The notes: a model not told the origin generated them from the letters alone. DNA of 64,000 nt from Candidatus Latescibacterota bacterium (GCA_965208125.1 OZ242320.1:1536001-1600000), one strand, 5' to 3'; shown: positions 1 through 10,742, numbered from the stretch's first letter. Numbers and translations are program-made.

Positions 1-1
1 C

Positions 2-187
2 ACCATCTTTGTCGCCTGGCTGATCAAATTCACATTATTGCGCATCGGCGGAGCGCCCTTTTACCGCCGCTCAAAACCATTTTTCGTCGGCATGCTCGTG
101 GCATACGTCCTGTCAACCGCCCTGGGCCTCATCGTAGATGCGATATGGTTCATGCCTCAAGGACATACGGTTCACAAATGGTATTGA
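2..187 (+). CDS. 3' end of a membrane protein, DUF6784/DUF6785-like (partial at window edge)
   Basis: Frame 2 reads TIFVAWLIKFTLLRIGGAPFYRRSKPFFVGMLVAYVLSTALGLIVDAIWFMPQGHTVHKWY*. The WLIK..LLR.GG..YRR..PFF.G pattern is typical of this family's C-terminus. Confidence 0.65.
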   Translation, partial: TIFVAWLIKFTLLRIGGAPFYRRSKPFFVGMLVAYVLSTALGLIVDAIWFMPQGHTVHKWY

Positions 188-274
188 TCGAAACTATTGC
201 TGTATAAAGCTGTATAAAGGTAATGTAATGACCTGGCTTTGATTGTTCAAACGTGTGCCAACAGGAGGGACATA

Positions 275-2134
275 ATGAAAAAAAAGAACCATTGGTCAGT
301 ACTTTGCGTCTTCTTATTTCCGCAACTCTTGTGGGCACTTGAGGATCAGCAGGCACCTGATACAGCGCAATATGAAATGGCACTGAACTGTGCAAAGGAC
401 TATCGGTATAAGCTAATTTTGGAGATTATTGAACAAATACCAGCAAGTCTCGCGGACAAAGACAAATGGTTACCGCTTCAAGCTCAAGCCTACGCAGCCA
501 TGGGTGAAGTAAAGGTAGCTGATTATTTATTTCAACGGTTCCTGCGTTTGATTTCAGAAGATGAGCGCAGATATTACGATAATATCACGTTGATGATGTC
601 GCCCGAAGAACAAAATACCTTTAGCAGCTTAAAAAAAGAAGAACAAGGACAGTTCATAAATGAGTTTTGGAAAAAACGAGACCCCTTATTGAGTACAGGG
701 GCTAATATCAGAAAAGTAGAACACTATAGAAGAGTATGGTATGCACGCCAGTTTTTTAATGGGAAACAACCCTGGGATCGGCGCGGCGAAGTGTATATCA
801 AATTTGGTGAACCGGATCACAAATTTGGCGGAAATCATGGAGGCACAGTTCCCCCCCTATCAGTTGAATTTTTGAAAGAAAGATTGGCTTACGAACTTGC
901 TTTGAATTTGCAAAGGGCTGAGCGCGTAGAGCAAGTTCCCGAATGGAACACACTGAAGCGCAAGCAGAGTAAAGGTGCCCTGACAGATCCTGTATATCCC
1001 ATAGATCGCCATCCCGATGGTTCGCCCAGATTTCCCTGGGAATCGTGGATTTATCTCGGTATTGGCAAAGGCATAGAAATTGTATTTACGGATCACTTCA
1101 TGAATGGCAGTTGGGATTATCCGCTTCCTCCCAAGAGTCCTATTGTAGCAGTAGCGTCACAAAATTTCCATCCTCAATTTATTATTGGGCACCATGCCAA
1201 AGAGACACCGGATTTTTATAATGGAATACCCGGCACAGATATTTTGAACTTTTACTATGACCTGGCGACATTCCGGGGACAGAATCTCGAAACAGATCAG
1301 AATATTTATCTTGGACTATTGCCAAAGGATATTTTTGCTCCAAATGATACCTCAAAAACCCCTGCACTTATTAACTGGACGGCATCTCTTGTGAATGACG
1401 AAGGCACTGTCATCAACAGCGCTCAACAAACTGTATCTTTCTCAAATAGACAAGATGGTATCGCCATTGATGCGATATCTCTTAAAGCTGTATCAGGAGA
1501 CTATCGCCTCATCGTTCATCTCACGGATCAAAATTCTGGAAAATGGGGATTCTATCAACAGCAAATTCACATCCCGAATTACGCTGTTGATTCACTGAGC
1601 ATAAGCGATATTGAAATGGCCTATCACATTTTCACCGAACCCCAATCATACAAGTTTCAAAAGGGCGATGTTTGGGTCATCCCCATGCCCACCCGTAATT
1701 ATCTCAGAAATCAGGCAGTCAATATCTATTATGAAATTTACAATTTGCAAAAAGATGCATTTGGTCAAACGAAATTCCGCATTAAATACACGATATGGGA
1801 AGATAAAAGAAAAAATGCCAGTCTATTGGGCAGCATATCATATTTCCTGGGTAAATTAGTCACCGACAAAAAGCCAGAGATCTCAATCAGTTCTGACTAC
1901 AATGGGAACAGCGCCACTGAGCCGGTATATATTGAATTGGATACCGAAAAATTAAAACCAGGTCTATATCAGATTGACGTTGAGGTTCACGATTTGATAA
2001 GCCAGCAAACAAGCTCTCAAGAGGCCCTTTTTATTTTAAATAAAAATGAAATCAATGAACGCGTAACAAAGCGAGAGGAAGAAGCTCTTTCAGATAGATT
2101 TCAGAGGGCCATAGAAGGAAGTATGGGACAATAA
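275..2134 (+). CDS. GWxTD domain-containing secreted protein
   Basis: ATG 275 follows RBS AGGAGG; signal peptide; FWKKRDP...EHYRRV.YA...WDRRGEVYIKFGEPD motif. Confidence 0.8.
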   Translation: MKKKNHWSVLCVFLFPQLLWALEDQQAPDTAQYEMALNCAKDYRYKLILEIIEQIPASLADKDKWLPLQAQAYAAMGEVKVADYLFQRFLRLISEDERRYYDNITLMMSPEEQNTFSSLKKEEQGQFINEFWKKRDPLLSTGANIRKVEHYRRVWYARQFFNGKQPWDRRGEVYIKFGEPDHKFGGNHGGTVPPLSVEFLKERLAYELALNLQRAERVEQVPEWNTLKRKQSKGALTDPVYPIDRHPDGSPRFPWESWIYLGIGKGIEIVFTDHFMNGSWDYPLPPKSPIVAVASQNFHPQFIIGHHAKETPDFYNGIPGTDILNFYYDLATFRGQNLETDQNIYLGLLPKDIFAPNDTSKTPALINWTASLVNDEGTVINSAQQTVSFSNRQDGIAIDAISLKAVSGDYRLIVHLTDQNSGKWGFYQQQIHIPNYAVDSLSISDIEMAYHIFTEPQSYKFQKGDVWVIPMPTRNYLRNQAVNIYYEIYNLQKDAFGQTKFRIKYTIWEDKRKNASLLGSISYFLGKLVTDKKPEISISSDYNGNSATEPVYIELDTEKLKPGLYQIDVEVHDLISQQTSSQEALFILNKNEINERVTKREEEALSDRFQRAIEGSMGQ

Positions 2135-2265
2135 TTGAGGGGTGGTGTATGTAGCCTGTCGAGATTTATTCCCTTGCTTTCAGATATGCGCTTGGCTAAT
2201 TTATTTCATCTTGTCATCGTTTGATTTTACTTTGTACACCTATGGGACTGTGAAGTGGGGTAGAT

Positions 2266-2631
2266 GTGTGGCATTTTCTGCAATATCAAAGCAAAAATGG
2301 TCGGCTTCCTGTGACTGATTGGTATGATAAATTATCTGACAAAAACAAATCGCGTCTTGATCGGTTCCTGGGTAATGTAAAACAACTTACCCAACCCCAA
2401 GGACCTTACTTTCACAAATTTGAATCATTATATGAAGCACGCTGGCGCGGCGAACACAATGTACCACATCGAATATTTTGTTATTTTTCATCTTTAAGAC
2501 AAGTAACATTTTTGTGTGGTTTCACCCACAAAGACAATATATATAAACCGCCAAATGCATATAAGACAGCGACAATCCGATATTCCGAAATAGAAAGGGG
2601 AGAAGCTCATGAACTTGAATTCAATGTCTGA
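2266..2631 (+). CDS. RelE/ParE-like (Gp49-type) toxin
   Basis: NGRLPVTDWY, LYEARW..HRIFCYF and LCGFTHK motifs; overlaps a downstream HTH gene. Confidence 0.7.
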   Translation: MWHFLQYQSKNGRLPVTDWYDKLSDKNKSRLDRFLGNVKQLTQPQGPYFHKFESLYEARWRGEHNVPHRIFCYFSSLRQVTFLCGFTHKDNIYKPPNAYKTATIRYSEIERGEAHELEFNV

Positions 2632-3010
2632 ACTTTGGGTAAAATTGCAAAATAAAGAATATCGGGAAGGTTACGTCGAGGGACAGTTTGATATTGAAGT
2701 GCCTTTCCAAATCCGAGCACTTCGGAGGGCGAGAGGGTGGACACAAAAGGATCTTGCAAAGTACAGTGGCATTCCTGAGAGCCAAATAGCCGAATTGGAG
2801 GACCCTGATAGTGACCCACCATCAGTACAAATATTGCACAAACTTTGTGCAGCATTTGATGTGGGACTGCTCGTTCAATTTGTCTCATTCAGCGAGTTAG
2901 TTCGCCGAGAATCAGAATTTGATCCAGAAACCTTTAACGTTGTAAGCTTTTCAGATGACAACATCGATGCAGAGCCGCAAACTGCAGCTATATCCACAAT
3001 GGTGTCATAG
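2609..3010 (+). CDS. XRE-family HTH antitoxin/regulator
   Basis: IRALRRARGWTQKDLAKYSGIPESQIAELE helix-turn-helix; toxin-first arrangement. Confidence 0.8.
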   Translation: MNLNSMSELWVKLQNKEYREGYVEGQFDIEVPFQIRALRRARGWTQKDLAKYSGIPESQIAELEDPDSDPPSVQILHKLCAAFDVGLLVQFVSFSELVRRESEFDPETFNVVSFSDDNIDAEPQTAAISTMVS

Positions 3011-3266
3011 GTGATGCACCCCAACCAGATTATTGGAGGAACTGGGTTCTGAGGAATAATCTCAGACGTTGGTAAATAAGGCAGACTTGTTCGCACGGAT
3101 CATCAAACCGCGACCTGGCCTGCCTTTTTTATACAGGCAATAAACTTATATGGCACGCCAAAAGACAAGTGTTCAGACATTTCTCCAAGAACAGTTGAAA
3201 GACAGAGAATTTGCAGAATCATTCTACCAGGGACTTGATGAACTGCGGATAATAACAAGAAATCTT

Positions 3267-3300
3267 CTGGATCGCGGTTCAAACCATGCCACGATGACGG
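3267..3300. repeat. CGTC-type REP-like palindrome, copy 1
   Basis: ctggatcgcggttcaaaccatgccacgatgacgg; related copies at 35594 and 62338. Confidence 0.7.
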
Positions 3301-3370
3301 CATGGCAGCGAAAGAAGCCACACTGATTAGAGGATTGATTCCCTGTAAAATATGCTATATATTTGGTTTC

Positions 3371-3718
3371 ATGCCACTTGAAGATATTGTTTTGTCAACG
3401 GTGCCCTCCATCAACGGGCATACGATAAGATTGACCCACAGGCAATGGGTTCATATCACTGAGTCTCATGATTATATGGTCGGAAATCGGGAGAAGGTAC
3501 TCGAAACAATTGCCGATCCTGATTGCCTGGTCACAGGAGAATTAGGAGCAACCATTGCATTGCGACATTATGCAGAAACTAATATCACTGAAAAAACCTG
3601 TATTGCCATATATCGCGATGAGGAAGATGGATTCATTATTACAGCATTTTTAACTTCGAGGTCGGATAAAATTATGCGCAGGAGAACTACGATATGGACA
3701 CGTCCTCAATTGACCTGA
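3371..3718 (+). CDS. Small putative RNase toxin (DUF4258/RelE-like), partner of DUF2283 gene
   Basis: IRLTHRQWVHI..H, ETIADPD and FIITAF motifs; overlaps the DUF2283 gene; start uncertain (ORF open from 3302). Confidence 0.6.
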   Translation: MPLEDIVLSTVPSINGHTIRLTHRQWVHITESHDYMVGNREKVLETIADPDCLVTGELGATIALRHYAETNITEKTCIAIYRDEEDGFIITAFLTSRSDKIMRRRTTIWTRPQLT

Positions 3719-3930
3719 CATTTGCGACCGAACTGTTGCGTTTGCCATATTCGCAAGTTTGGAGTGATTATGATGAAGGGGCTGATGTCTTGTATCTCAG
3801 CTTTGAAAAACCCCAGTGTGCCAATGACAGTGTGATGGAAGATGATGGGAATATTTACCACTATCGCGACAAACGTCTTGTTGGTATTACGCTGCCCAAT
3901 GCGCGAATGCGCCTTGGTTCGGATCGCTAA
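3694..3930 (+). CDS. DUF2283 family protein (putative antitoxin)
   Basis: YDEGADVLYLSF ... LVGIT signature. Confidence 0.8.
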   Translation: MDTSSIDLTFATELLRLPYSQVWSDYDEGADVLYLSFEKPQCANDSVMEDDGNIYHYRDKRLVGITLPNARMRLGSDR

Positions 3931-3954
3931 AATTCTTCTTTGAAAGGACCCTTC

Positions 3955-6900
3955 ATGTCTCGTCGCATCGGTTGGTTGGCATTGATCGGGATTGCCGTAT
4001 TTGGGTTTGGCGCGGTCATCTCAGGACCCGGTACGGTTGACCCTTTGCTACGCAATGTGCTGGGATTGCATCCCCCCGAACCCGTAGAACCAGTTCCAGT
4101 ACCGGGTGCCGAAGTCGTAGCTGATCGCGTAAAACGCGAAATCACAGAAGCAGAAGTGCGCGCATTAATGGCGACCTTTACCCAATATAAATCCCGCGTA
4201 CCGGGCTATCCTGGACACGATGCCGCCGCGCAATTTATCGAACAACGCTTCCGGGCACTGGGTCTAAAAAACGTAGAAACAGAAACCTATGGCGTAACCT
4301 CGCCCGTAGATGAAGGCAGCCAATTGACAATCATCTCATCCGGCGAAGTATTTCCGCTCTCCGGACTATGGCCCAACCTCGTGAAAACCTCCACCTTGCC
4401 ACCGGGCGGTGTGCGAACGCGCCTGATTGACGGCGGCAATGGCGAATTTAAGGTGTATGACGGAAAAGATGTAGAAAACACCGTCGTACTCCTGAACTTT
4501 AACACCTGGAACAAATGGCTCAACGCCGCTGTTCTGGGCGCGCAACAAATCATTTTCATCGCCCCAGATACCACATCTTATACACAGGCCGAAACAAAAT
4601 TTTTGCAAGTACCCAACACCGTCGAGCGATTCTGGATCGACCGCGAACACGGCGAGAAATTACGCACGCTGTTGGCAGACCAGGGCGAAATAGAAATACA
4701 ACTCGAATCCCGGATGCCCTGGAAGAAAAACGACGCAGCCAACGTACTGGGCTGGATCGAAGGATCGGATCCAGTAATGAAGAAAAAAATCGTCGTCATC
4801 AACGCCTACTACGACGCCATGTCTGTCGTGCCCGCACAGGCACCCGGCGCTGAAATGGCGTGTGGCATCGTCGCACTCATGCGCCTGGCAGAACACTTTC
4901 AGGCGCATCGCCCCAAATACACCGTAATCTTCCTCGCATCATCCGCGCACCATCTGGGATTCCGGGGTATATGCGACTTTCTGAACCGGCACTCGCGCAA
5001 AGAAGAACACTTTGCCGCGCTCATGACCGAACCCATTGACATCGATCTGTTCATCGGATTGGACCTCTCGAGCCAGACAGATGAAATAGGCGTAGCGACC
5101 CAGACCGCCGGGTTTGGCGTCAACACCGCGGTCAATTATTTCTCCACGCGATTTTTTGCCACATTTAGCAAATCCTTTGTACGCTATGCAACCGCCATTG
5201 CCGAAGGCATGGGCGTGCCGTCAAAAGACGTCATGGTCGATGGGATCAACCCCAAAGGCGGCATGACCTGGGACATGTACATCCCCGGCGAAAATATCAA
5301 AAGTGACAGCGAAGTCGTACTCTATGCCGGCACCCCGGCACTCTCATTGACAACTGTGAACGACGCGCGATTCCGCGTAGATACCCCTCTGGACCGGGCC
5401 GAGTATATCAACTACGCCAACCTGACCAAACAGATTCGCGTCCTCGCTGGCATGCTGGATCTGTCGTTCAACGACGAGGAATTTTTGCCCGATTACAAAC
5501 TGGATCCCATCGACCGCATGCGCGGCCTGAAGGGATATGTACGCACATTTCCCCGGCGCAGTATCACACCCGATAAATCGCGACCAGGTGCAATAGCCGC
5601 CATGCGCATGGGCCTGGAAAAATCAATCAAAGGCGTGCGGCGCATTTATTACGACCTCGCAGATGAAAACGGCGAATACTATATCCCGGGCGTAGCAGAA
5701 CGCCGCGTACATGTGCGAGCATACTACATCGATCCGCACAGCGGCGAAATCACGTACGCGCCCAACCAGGGACGGCAGGGAAAAATCTACAGCGGCCATT
5801 TCAACATGAACTGGTGGATCACAAAGCAAACCGTCATCCTTTTTCCCTGCGTGGCAACCGATTTCTACGGCACAGTCGATCCCCGGTATTTGAACACCTT
5901 ATCCAACATCAGCGTCTATGGCGTGGGCAATACCGCACCGCAAGAATACGGTTATGACATCGGATTTGGGCCGGACGAACCCGTCGGCGTAGTCTATACA
6001 TCCCCGGGTGAAAAAGTGAAAATAGCCATGCGCGCAGGCGCTATCGGCGTGCGCTATTTGTTGCTCAACTCAAAAAGCGCAGACACCGAGTGGGATGCCC
6101 GGGGCGAGGGATTTCAAACCCTGTCATCGGGATCCTTAATCCGCACGCCCTATCAGGCAGCGCGAGATATGTGGATATTGAACGAGTCGCGCATGCGAAA
6201 ACTGCGCCAGTACTCAATCGAAAACCAGCGACTGGAAGTATTGCACGCGCAGGCAAAACAACATCTGGACGAAGCGGAAACCGCACTGCAGGAAAAGCAA
6301 TGGGATGCTTTTGTAAAACACACGCGGGCGGGCATGGGCATTGAATCGCGGGCATATCCAGACGTCAAAACAACGCAAAACGATGTGATCCGCGGCGTGA
6401 TTTTCTTCATGCTACTCGTCATCCCCTGTGCGTTCTTCCTCGAGCGGTTGATCTTTACCTTTGCCGATATTCGCATGCAAATCGGTGGGATCGGCCTGGT
6501 CTTTGTCGTCATCTGGATATTTCTCTCCCAGGTACACCCCGCATTTGACCTCTCCAATCCCTTTGTAATTTTGCTGGCTTTCGTCATCCTGGCACTGGCG
6601 ATCTTTGTCATCTCAATTTTATCGGGCCGATTCAACGAGAACATCCGGCGACTCCGCAGCGCCGAGGTATTATTGCACGAAACCGATGTAGGACGGATCA
6701 GCGCATCAGTGGCGGCATTTCAACTGGGCATTGCCAATATGAAAAAGCGCAAGCTACGCACCTGGTTGACATTTGCAACCCTGGTATTGCTGACATTTAC
6801 CGTGCTATCCTTTACCTCTATCAAATCCGCATTGGAATTTCACCAGCTTCAACGCGATACAGAAGGCGCGTATCCCGGCATACTGATCAGAAGCAAATTC

Positions 6901-8481
6901 TGGGGGCCGCTGGAAGACACGGCTTATGATTATGCGCAGATAAATTTCAAAGACAGAGGCGTCGTAACGCCCCGAAGCTGGTATATTGCGACAAGAGAAG
7001 ACAAAAAATCAAAAGCCGTATTGCGTTATAACAAGAAAAATTCCCGCGTCCAGGGTATCCTGGGGGCGTCACCCGAAGAAGCCCAGGTGACGCAGATCGA
7101 TACCCTGCTGCGAATCGGACGATGGTTTCAACCGGGCGAGTCTGCCTGTATTTTGCCCGATCGAGTAGCGGAGACCCTGGGTATAACGGCGCAAGATGTC
7201 GGCAAGGCGTACATCCGCCTCTTTGGCAAACCACTCACAGTAATCGGACTGATCAATTCTGAGAAAATGCGTCTGTTTGTCGATCTGGATGAAGAACAGA
7301 TAACACCGGCAGATTTTCAAGTCACCGAAGACGAATTTATCACCGTCATGTCTCAGACCGAGACCCGCGAACGGCAGGGATTGGAGCGCCCCGAAGTCGA
7401 AACCATGCCATTTGAACATCTGGATCCCGATGATATTTTAATCGTACCCTATGCCCTGTTGCGCGATGTGGGCAGTCCATTGCAGTCCGTAGCCGTGCGA
7501 TTTCACGAAGAAGTGGATGTAGAAGCCGAGATCAAATCATTCTTGTCGCGATTATCAGTGGTATTATTCGCCGGCATACCAACAGCAGATGGCGGCATAC
7601 GCGTCGCGGTTTACAGTTCCCTGGGCGATACCTCTTTGCAGGGCATGGCCAATTTGTTTATCCCCATTCTGGTCGCCGCGTTAATCGTACTCAACACCAT
7701 GATGGGATCGGTGTACGAACGCTTCCGCGAAATAAGCATCTATTCTTCCGTGGGATTAGCACCTGTACACATCGCCTTCTTGTTTATTGCCGAGGCATGT
7801 GTTTACGCGGTTTTGGGAACCGTTGGCGGGTATCTTTTGGGACAAAGCGTCGTCAAAATTTTACTGTGGCAAGATGCCTTACAGGGACTTACCGTGAATT
7901 ATTCGGCACTCTCGACCGTAACATCCTCAATGCTGGTCATGCTGGTGGTTCTGCTCTCGTCAATCTACCCCGCGCGCCAGGCATCCATGATGGCCGTACC
8001 CGACGTGACGCGCCGATGGAAATTCCCCGACCCAGACGGCGACCGCTGGCATTTTGAATTTCCATTTACCGTAGGCGGCAAAGACGTATTTGGCCTGTCC
8101 GTATTCCTCGTCGATTATTTCCAGGCGCATGCAGGTGAGAGCCTGGGCACATTTTACACAGATGGCGCGCGACTCGGCTCAGTTGAAACTGCAACCGGAC
8201 AGGGACATACAATTGACACGACAATCTGGTTGGCACCGTATGATCTGGGTGTGAGCCAGCAGGTGCATTTTGAAGCGATCCCCACAGGAGAACACAATAT
8301 TTTTGCCATGACATTGACCATAGATCGGCTATCCGGCGATGCCTCGTCATGGCGGCGGGTCAACAAAAACTTTATGAACGCGCTGCGCAAACAATTCCTC
8401 ATCTGGCGCACCGTAGCACCAGAAGATAAGGCGCAGTACACGGAAAAAGGACAGATGATACTCGCCGGGGCTACAGTCTAA
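3955..8481 (+). CDS. Large membrane protein: M28-like peptidase domain fused to FtsX/MacB-like ABC permease domains
   Basis: SRVPGYPG, NVLGWIEG, INAYYD and APGAE (M28-like N-terminus); two TM clusters; SVYERFREISIYSSVG...FIAE (FtsX C-terminal motif); ATG 3955 follows GAAAGGA. Confidence 0.75.
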   Translation: MSRRIGWLALIGIAVFGFGAVISGPGTVDPLLRNVLGLHPPEPVEPVPVPGAEVVADRVKREITEAEVRALMATFTQYKSRVPGYPGHDAAAQFIEQRFRALGLKNVETETYGVTSPVDEGSQLTIISSGEVFPLSGLWPNLVKTSTLPPGGVRTRLIDGGNGEFKVYDGKDVENTVVLLNFNTWNKWLNAAVLGAQQIIFIAPDTTSYTQAETKFLQVPNTVERFWIDREHGEKLRTLLADQGEIEIQLESRMPWKKNDAANVLGWIEGSDPVMKKKIVVINAYYDAMSVVPAQAPGAEMACGIVALMRLAEHFQAHRPKYTVIFLASSAHHLGFRGICDFLNRHSRKEEHFAALMTEPIDIDLFIGLDLSSQTDEIGVATQTAGFGVNTAVNYFSTRFFATFSKSFVRYATAIAEGMGVPSKDVMVDGINPKGGMTWDMYIPGENIKSDSEVVLYAGTPALSLTTVNDARFRVDTPLDRAEYINYANLTKQIRVLAGMLDLSFNDEEFLPDYKLDPIDRMRGLKGYVRTFPRRSITPDKSRPGAIAAMRMGLEKSIKGVRRIYYDLADENGEYYIPGVAERRVHVRAYYIDPHSGEITYAPNQGRQGKIYSGHFNMNWWITKQTVILFPCVATDFYGTVDPRYLNTLSNISVYGVGNTAPQEYGYDIGFGPDEPVGVVYTSPGEKVKIAMRAGAIGVRYLLLNSKSADTEWDARGEGFQTLSSGSLIRTPYQAARDMWILNESRMRKLRQYSIENQRLEVLHAQAKQHLDEAETALQEKQWDAFVKHTRAGMGIESRAYPDVKTTQNDVIRGVIFFMLLVIPCAFFLERLIFTFADIRMQIGGIGLVFVVIWIFLSQVHPAFDLSNPFVILLAFVILALAIFVISILSGRFNENIRRLRSAEVLLHETDVGRISASVAAFQLGIANMKKRKLRTWLTFATLVLLTFTVLSFTSIKSALEFHQLQRDTEGAYPGILIRSKFWGPLEDTAYDYAQINFKDRGVVTPRSWYIATREDKKSKAVLRYNKKNSRVQGILGASPEEAQVTQIDTLLRIGRWFQPGESACILPDRVAETLGITAQDVGKAYIRLFGKPLTVIGLINSEKMRLFVDLDEEQITPADFQVTEDEFITVMSQTETRERQGLERPEVETMPFEHLDPDDILIVPYALLRDVGSPLQSVAVRFHEEVDVEAEIKSFLSRLSVVLFAGIPTADGGIRVAVYSSLGDTSLQGMANLFIPILVAALIVLNTMMGSVYERFREISIYSSVGLAPVHIAFLFIAEACVYAVLGTVGGYLLGQSVVKILLWQDALQGLTVNYSALSTVTSSMLVMLVVLLSSIYPARQASMMAVPDVTRRWKFPDPDGDRWHFEFPFTVGGKDVFGLSVFLVDYFQAHAGESLGTFYTDGARLGSVETATGQGHTIDTTIWLAPYDLGVSQQVHFEAIPTGEHNIFAMTLTIDRLSGDASSWRRVNKNFMNALRKQFLIWRTVAPEDKAQYTEKGQMILAGATV

Positions 8482-8507
8482 GATGGAACTTTTTTTCTGA
8501 AAAAACG

Positions 8508-8536
8508 TTGACTTCTAAGATAATAAAGGGTATCTT
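8508..8536 (+). promoter_or_regulatory. sigma70 promoter of the cold-shock gene, with a long (~135 nt) 5'UTR
   Basis: TTGACT-N17-TATCTT. Confidence 0.6.
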
Positions 8537-8677
8537 TGCCCATGCATTAAGAATGTGTTGTTTTGTTTCCTGTACAATCGGCCTGAAAAGACGGTATGGC
8601 AAGAATCGAAACTTCTGATTCTTGCCTTTTTTTCGATCTGATGTGCAATTTACGATGTAGAAAGGTGGTGAAGTACG

Positions 8678-8878
8678 TTGGCAGAAGGAAGAGTTAAGTG
8701 GTTTAACGACGCCAAGGGATTCGGCTTTATCGAGCAAGACGATGGCGAAGATGTTTTTGTCCATTTCTCAGCGATCCAAGCCGAAGGCTTTAAGTCTTTG
8801 TCTGAAGGTGACCTCGTTGAATTTGACATTACCCAGGGTCCTAAAGGGCTCCAGGCTGCGAATGTCACCAAGCAATAA
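8678..8878 (+). CDS. cspA: Cold-shock protein
   Basis: [34 protein letters not shown]; TTG start after AAGGTGG. Confidence 0.97.
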   Translation: MAEGRVKWFNDAKGFGFIEQDDGEDVFVHFSAIQAEGFKSLSEGDLVEFDITQGPKGLQAANVTKQ

Positions 8879-8903
8879 TCTGAAATAAATTCAGAATTAA
8901 CCC

Positions 8904-8937
8904 AAAAGCACCACCTCTTTTGAGATGGTGCTTTTTT
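8904..8937 (+). terminator. Rho-independent terminator
   Basis: aaaagcacca-cctc...gag-atggtgc hairpin followed by a T run. Confidence 0.85.
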
Positions 8938-8940
8938 ATT

Positions 8941-9000
8941 GCGGGCGAAGGGGGTCGCCCCTACAAAATCATCGTAGGGGACGGCCCCTGTGCCGTCCCG
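8941..9000. repeat. GTAG-type REP doublet (inverted pair)
   Basis: ...gcccctac aaaatcatc gtaggggacggcccctgtgccgtcccg. Confidence 0.75.
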
Positions 9001-9030
9001 TCTGCGATCCAGAATGTTTTTACCTGACCC

Positions 9031-9591
9031 CTAAACCCTCTTAATACAAAAATCCGAAAACCGGATCCAGTGGTCGCCTTCTTCCGGACCATTATAGCAC
9101 TGAATACTCACCTGATCATCGCCCGGAGGAGGAAGCGCGCCCGAAGCCGCAGTCTGGAACGCGGTCTCACCTTCGGCGCGATACTGCGCTTCCCATGTAC
9201 TCGCAGTGACCACAAGCCGCAAACGAACACTCTGCGTCGGCATCGGCTGCTTCCCGGGAATAATGTACAGATCGCCATCAATGAGTTCCTTGACCTCTTT
9301 GAACACCGGCTCCCCATTGTGATACCATGTAATACCCGCCTGTTCGTATTGCTGCGTCGGCTGGCTGTGATTCGCGATCGTAACCTCAACCGCATAAGTA
9401 CCCTCACCGCGATCTGGCGCAGACCTGAGCAAAGCGTTTTGCACCGTGTCCTTCACACCGGGACGCACGCAAATCTCCAGACCGCCATCCCCAATCCGCC
9501 AATCATCGGGATGTTCCCGCAACCACGACCAGCCGCTATCCAGCCCACCGTCAAATGTATCCTGAAAAATGATTTGTCCATCGCTCATCAT
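9031..9591 (-). CDS. ConA-like beta-sandwich protein (DUF1349 / beta-xylosidase C-terminal-like)
   Basis: FQDTFDGGLDSGWSWLRE and YEQAGI motifs; AGGAG RBS. Confidence 0.65.
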   Translation of the reverse strand: MMSDGQIIFQDTFDGGLDSGWSWLREHPDDWRIGDGGLEICVRPGVKDTVQNALLRSAPDRGEGTYAVEVTIANHSQPTQQYEQAGITWYHNGEPVFKEVKELIDGDLYIIPGKQPMPTQSVRLRLVVTASTWEAQYRAEGETAFQTAASGALPPPGDDQVSIQCYNGPEEGDHWIRFSDFCIKRV

Positions 9592-9788
9592 AAATCTCCT
9601 GTCCAGAATGATCAGATATTCCCGCGCTCATGGTCGAGAAATTTCAGACGTTCTTCAAGTATTTTTCTACCCCCTCAACTCACCACCCCAGGATAAAGAC
9701 ATATCCGAATCTTCTGTATTGAATTTGTCACCCTATTTATATTTACATTGAAAGCCGCGATAAAAATTGTATCCAACACAGGAACGCC

Positions 9789-10742
9789 ATGAAAAAACAC
9801 CTTGTATTTTTTATTCTCCTATTATTATTCGGTTGCCGGCCACAGGTCTCTGACGAACAAATCACCGTCTGTTCTTTCAACATCAAATTCCTCGGACTAT
9901 ACAAAAAGAAAGACAACGAAGCACTCGCCCGATTGGTCAAAAAATACGACATGGTCGTCGTCCAGGAACTCGTTGCCCCGCCTGATAATGGCCAATACTG
10001 CGGTGGCAAGCCCTATAGCGAGGACCCCGAAGCCGATGCATTCTTCAATGCCATGAGCACACAGGGCTTTGATTACTCCCTATCTTGTGAAGACACGGGA
10101 AGAGGCGAAAACATCCACAACAGAGGATCGAGTACCGAATGGTCCGTGGTCTTTTACAAACCCGGCAAACTAAAAATCGCCAATGATCTACCCAACGGAT
10201 TCCTCGCAAAAGACCGCTCTGCCCATCCCATATACCCCCGCGTACCACACGCCCACGGTTTCCGCACCACAGATGGCAAAATGGACTTTGTCGTCATCAA
10301 CGTCCACTTGTCCCCCGGCAAAAACAAGAAAAACGAACGCAAAGCCGAACTTTTGAGCATCGCCCAGTGGATCGACCGCCACGACGCACGGGAACAGGAC
10401 TTCTACATCGTAGGGGACATGAACATCGAAAACGCAAAGGAGCTTAAAGCAGTAACCCCTCGGGGATTTATCTCGCTCAACGACGAATGCCGAAAAACGA
10501 ACACAGCGGCCAAAAGCAGCAAACCCTATGACCACATCATGTACCGCCCGGCTAAGTTCGACGAAATAGATGAAAAATTTGATTTTCAGGTCATCGACCT
10601 CATCGACCAGATGCGCAGCACCTGGCGAGGCTCCGAAACCTATCCCGGCGACCCGTACAAAGGGAGCTTATTTGCACAGCACTACTCAGATCATCACCCC
10701 GTGCTCTTCCGTCTGAACATCCCGAGCCAGGATGACGACTAA
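9789..10742 (+). CDS. Endonuclease/exonuclease/phosphatase family lipoprotein (DNase I-like)
   Basis: Lipobox LFGC; SFNI, VQE, NVHL, GDMN, YDHI and SDHHPV motifs. Confidence 0.88.
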   Translation: MKKHLVFFILLLLFGCRPQVSDEQITVCSFNIKFLGLYKKKDNEALARLVKKYDMVVVQELVAPPDNGQYCGGKPYSEDPEADAFFNAMSTQGFDYSLSCEDTGRGENIHNRGSSTEWSVVFYKPGKLKIANDLPNGFLAKDRSAHPIYPRVPHAHGFRTTDGKMDFVVINVHLSPGKNKKNERKAELLSIAQWIDRHDAREQDFYIVGDMNIENAKELKAVTPRGFISLNDECRKTNTAAKSSKPYDHIMYRPAKFDEIDEKFDFQVIDLIDQMRSTWRGSETYPGDPYKGSLFAQHYSDHHPVLFRLNIPSQDDD

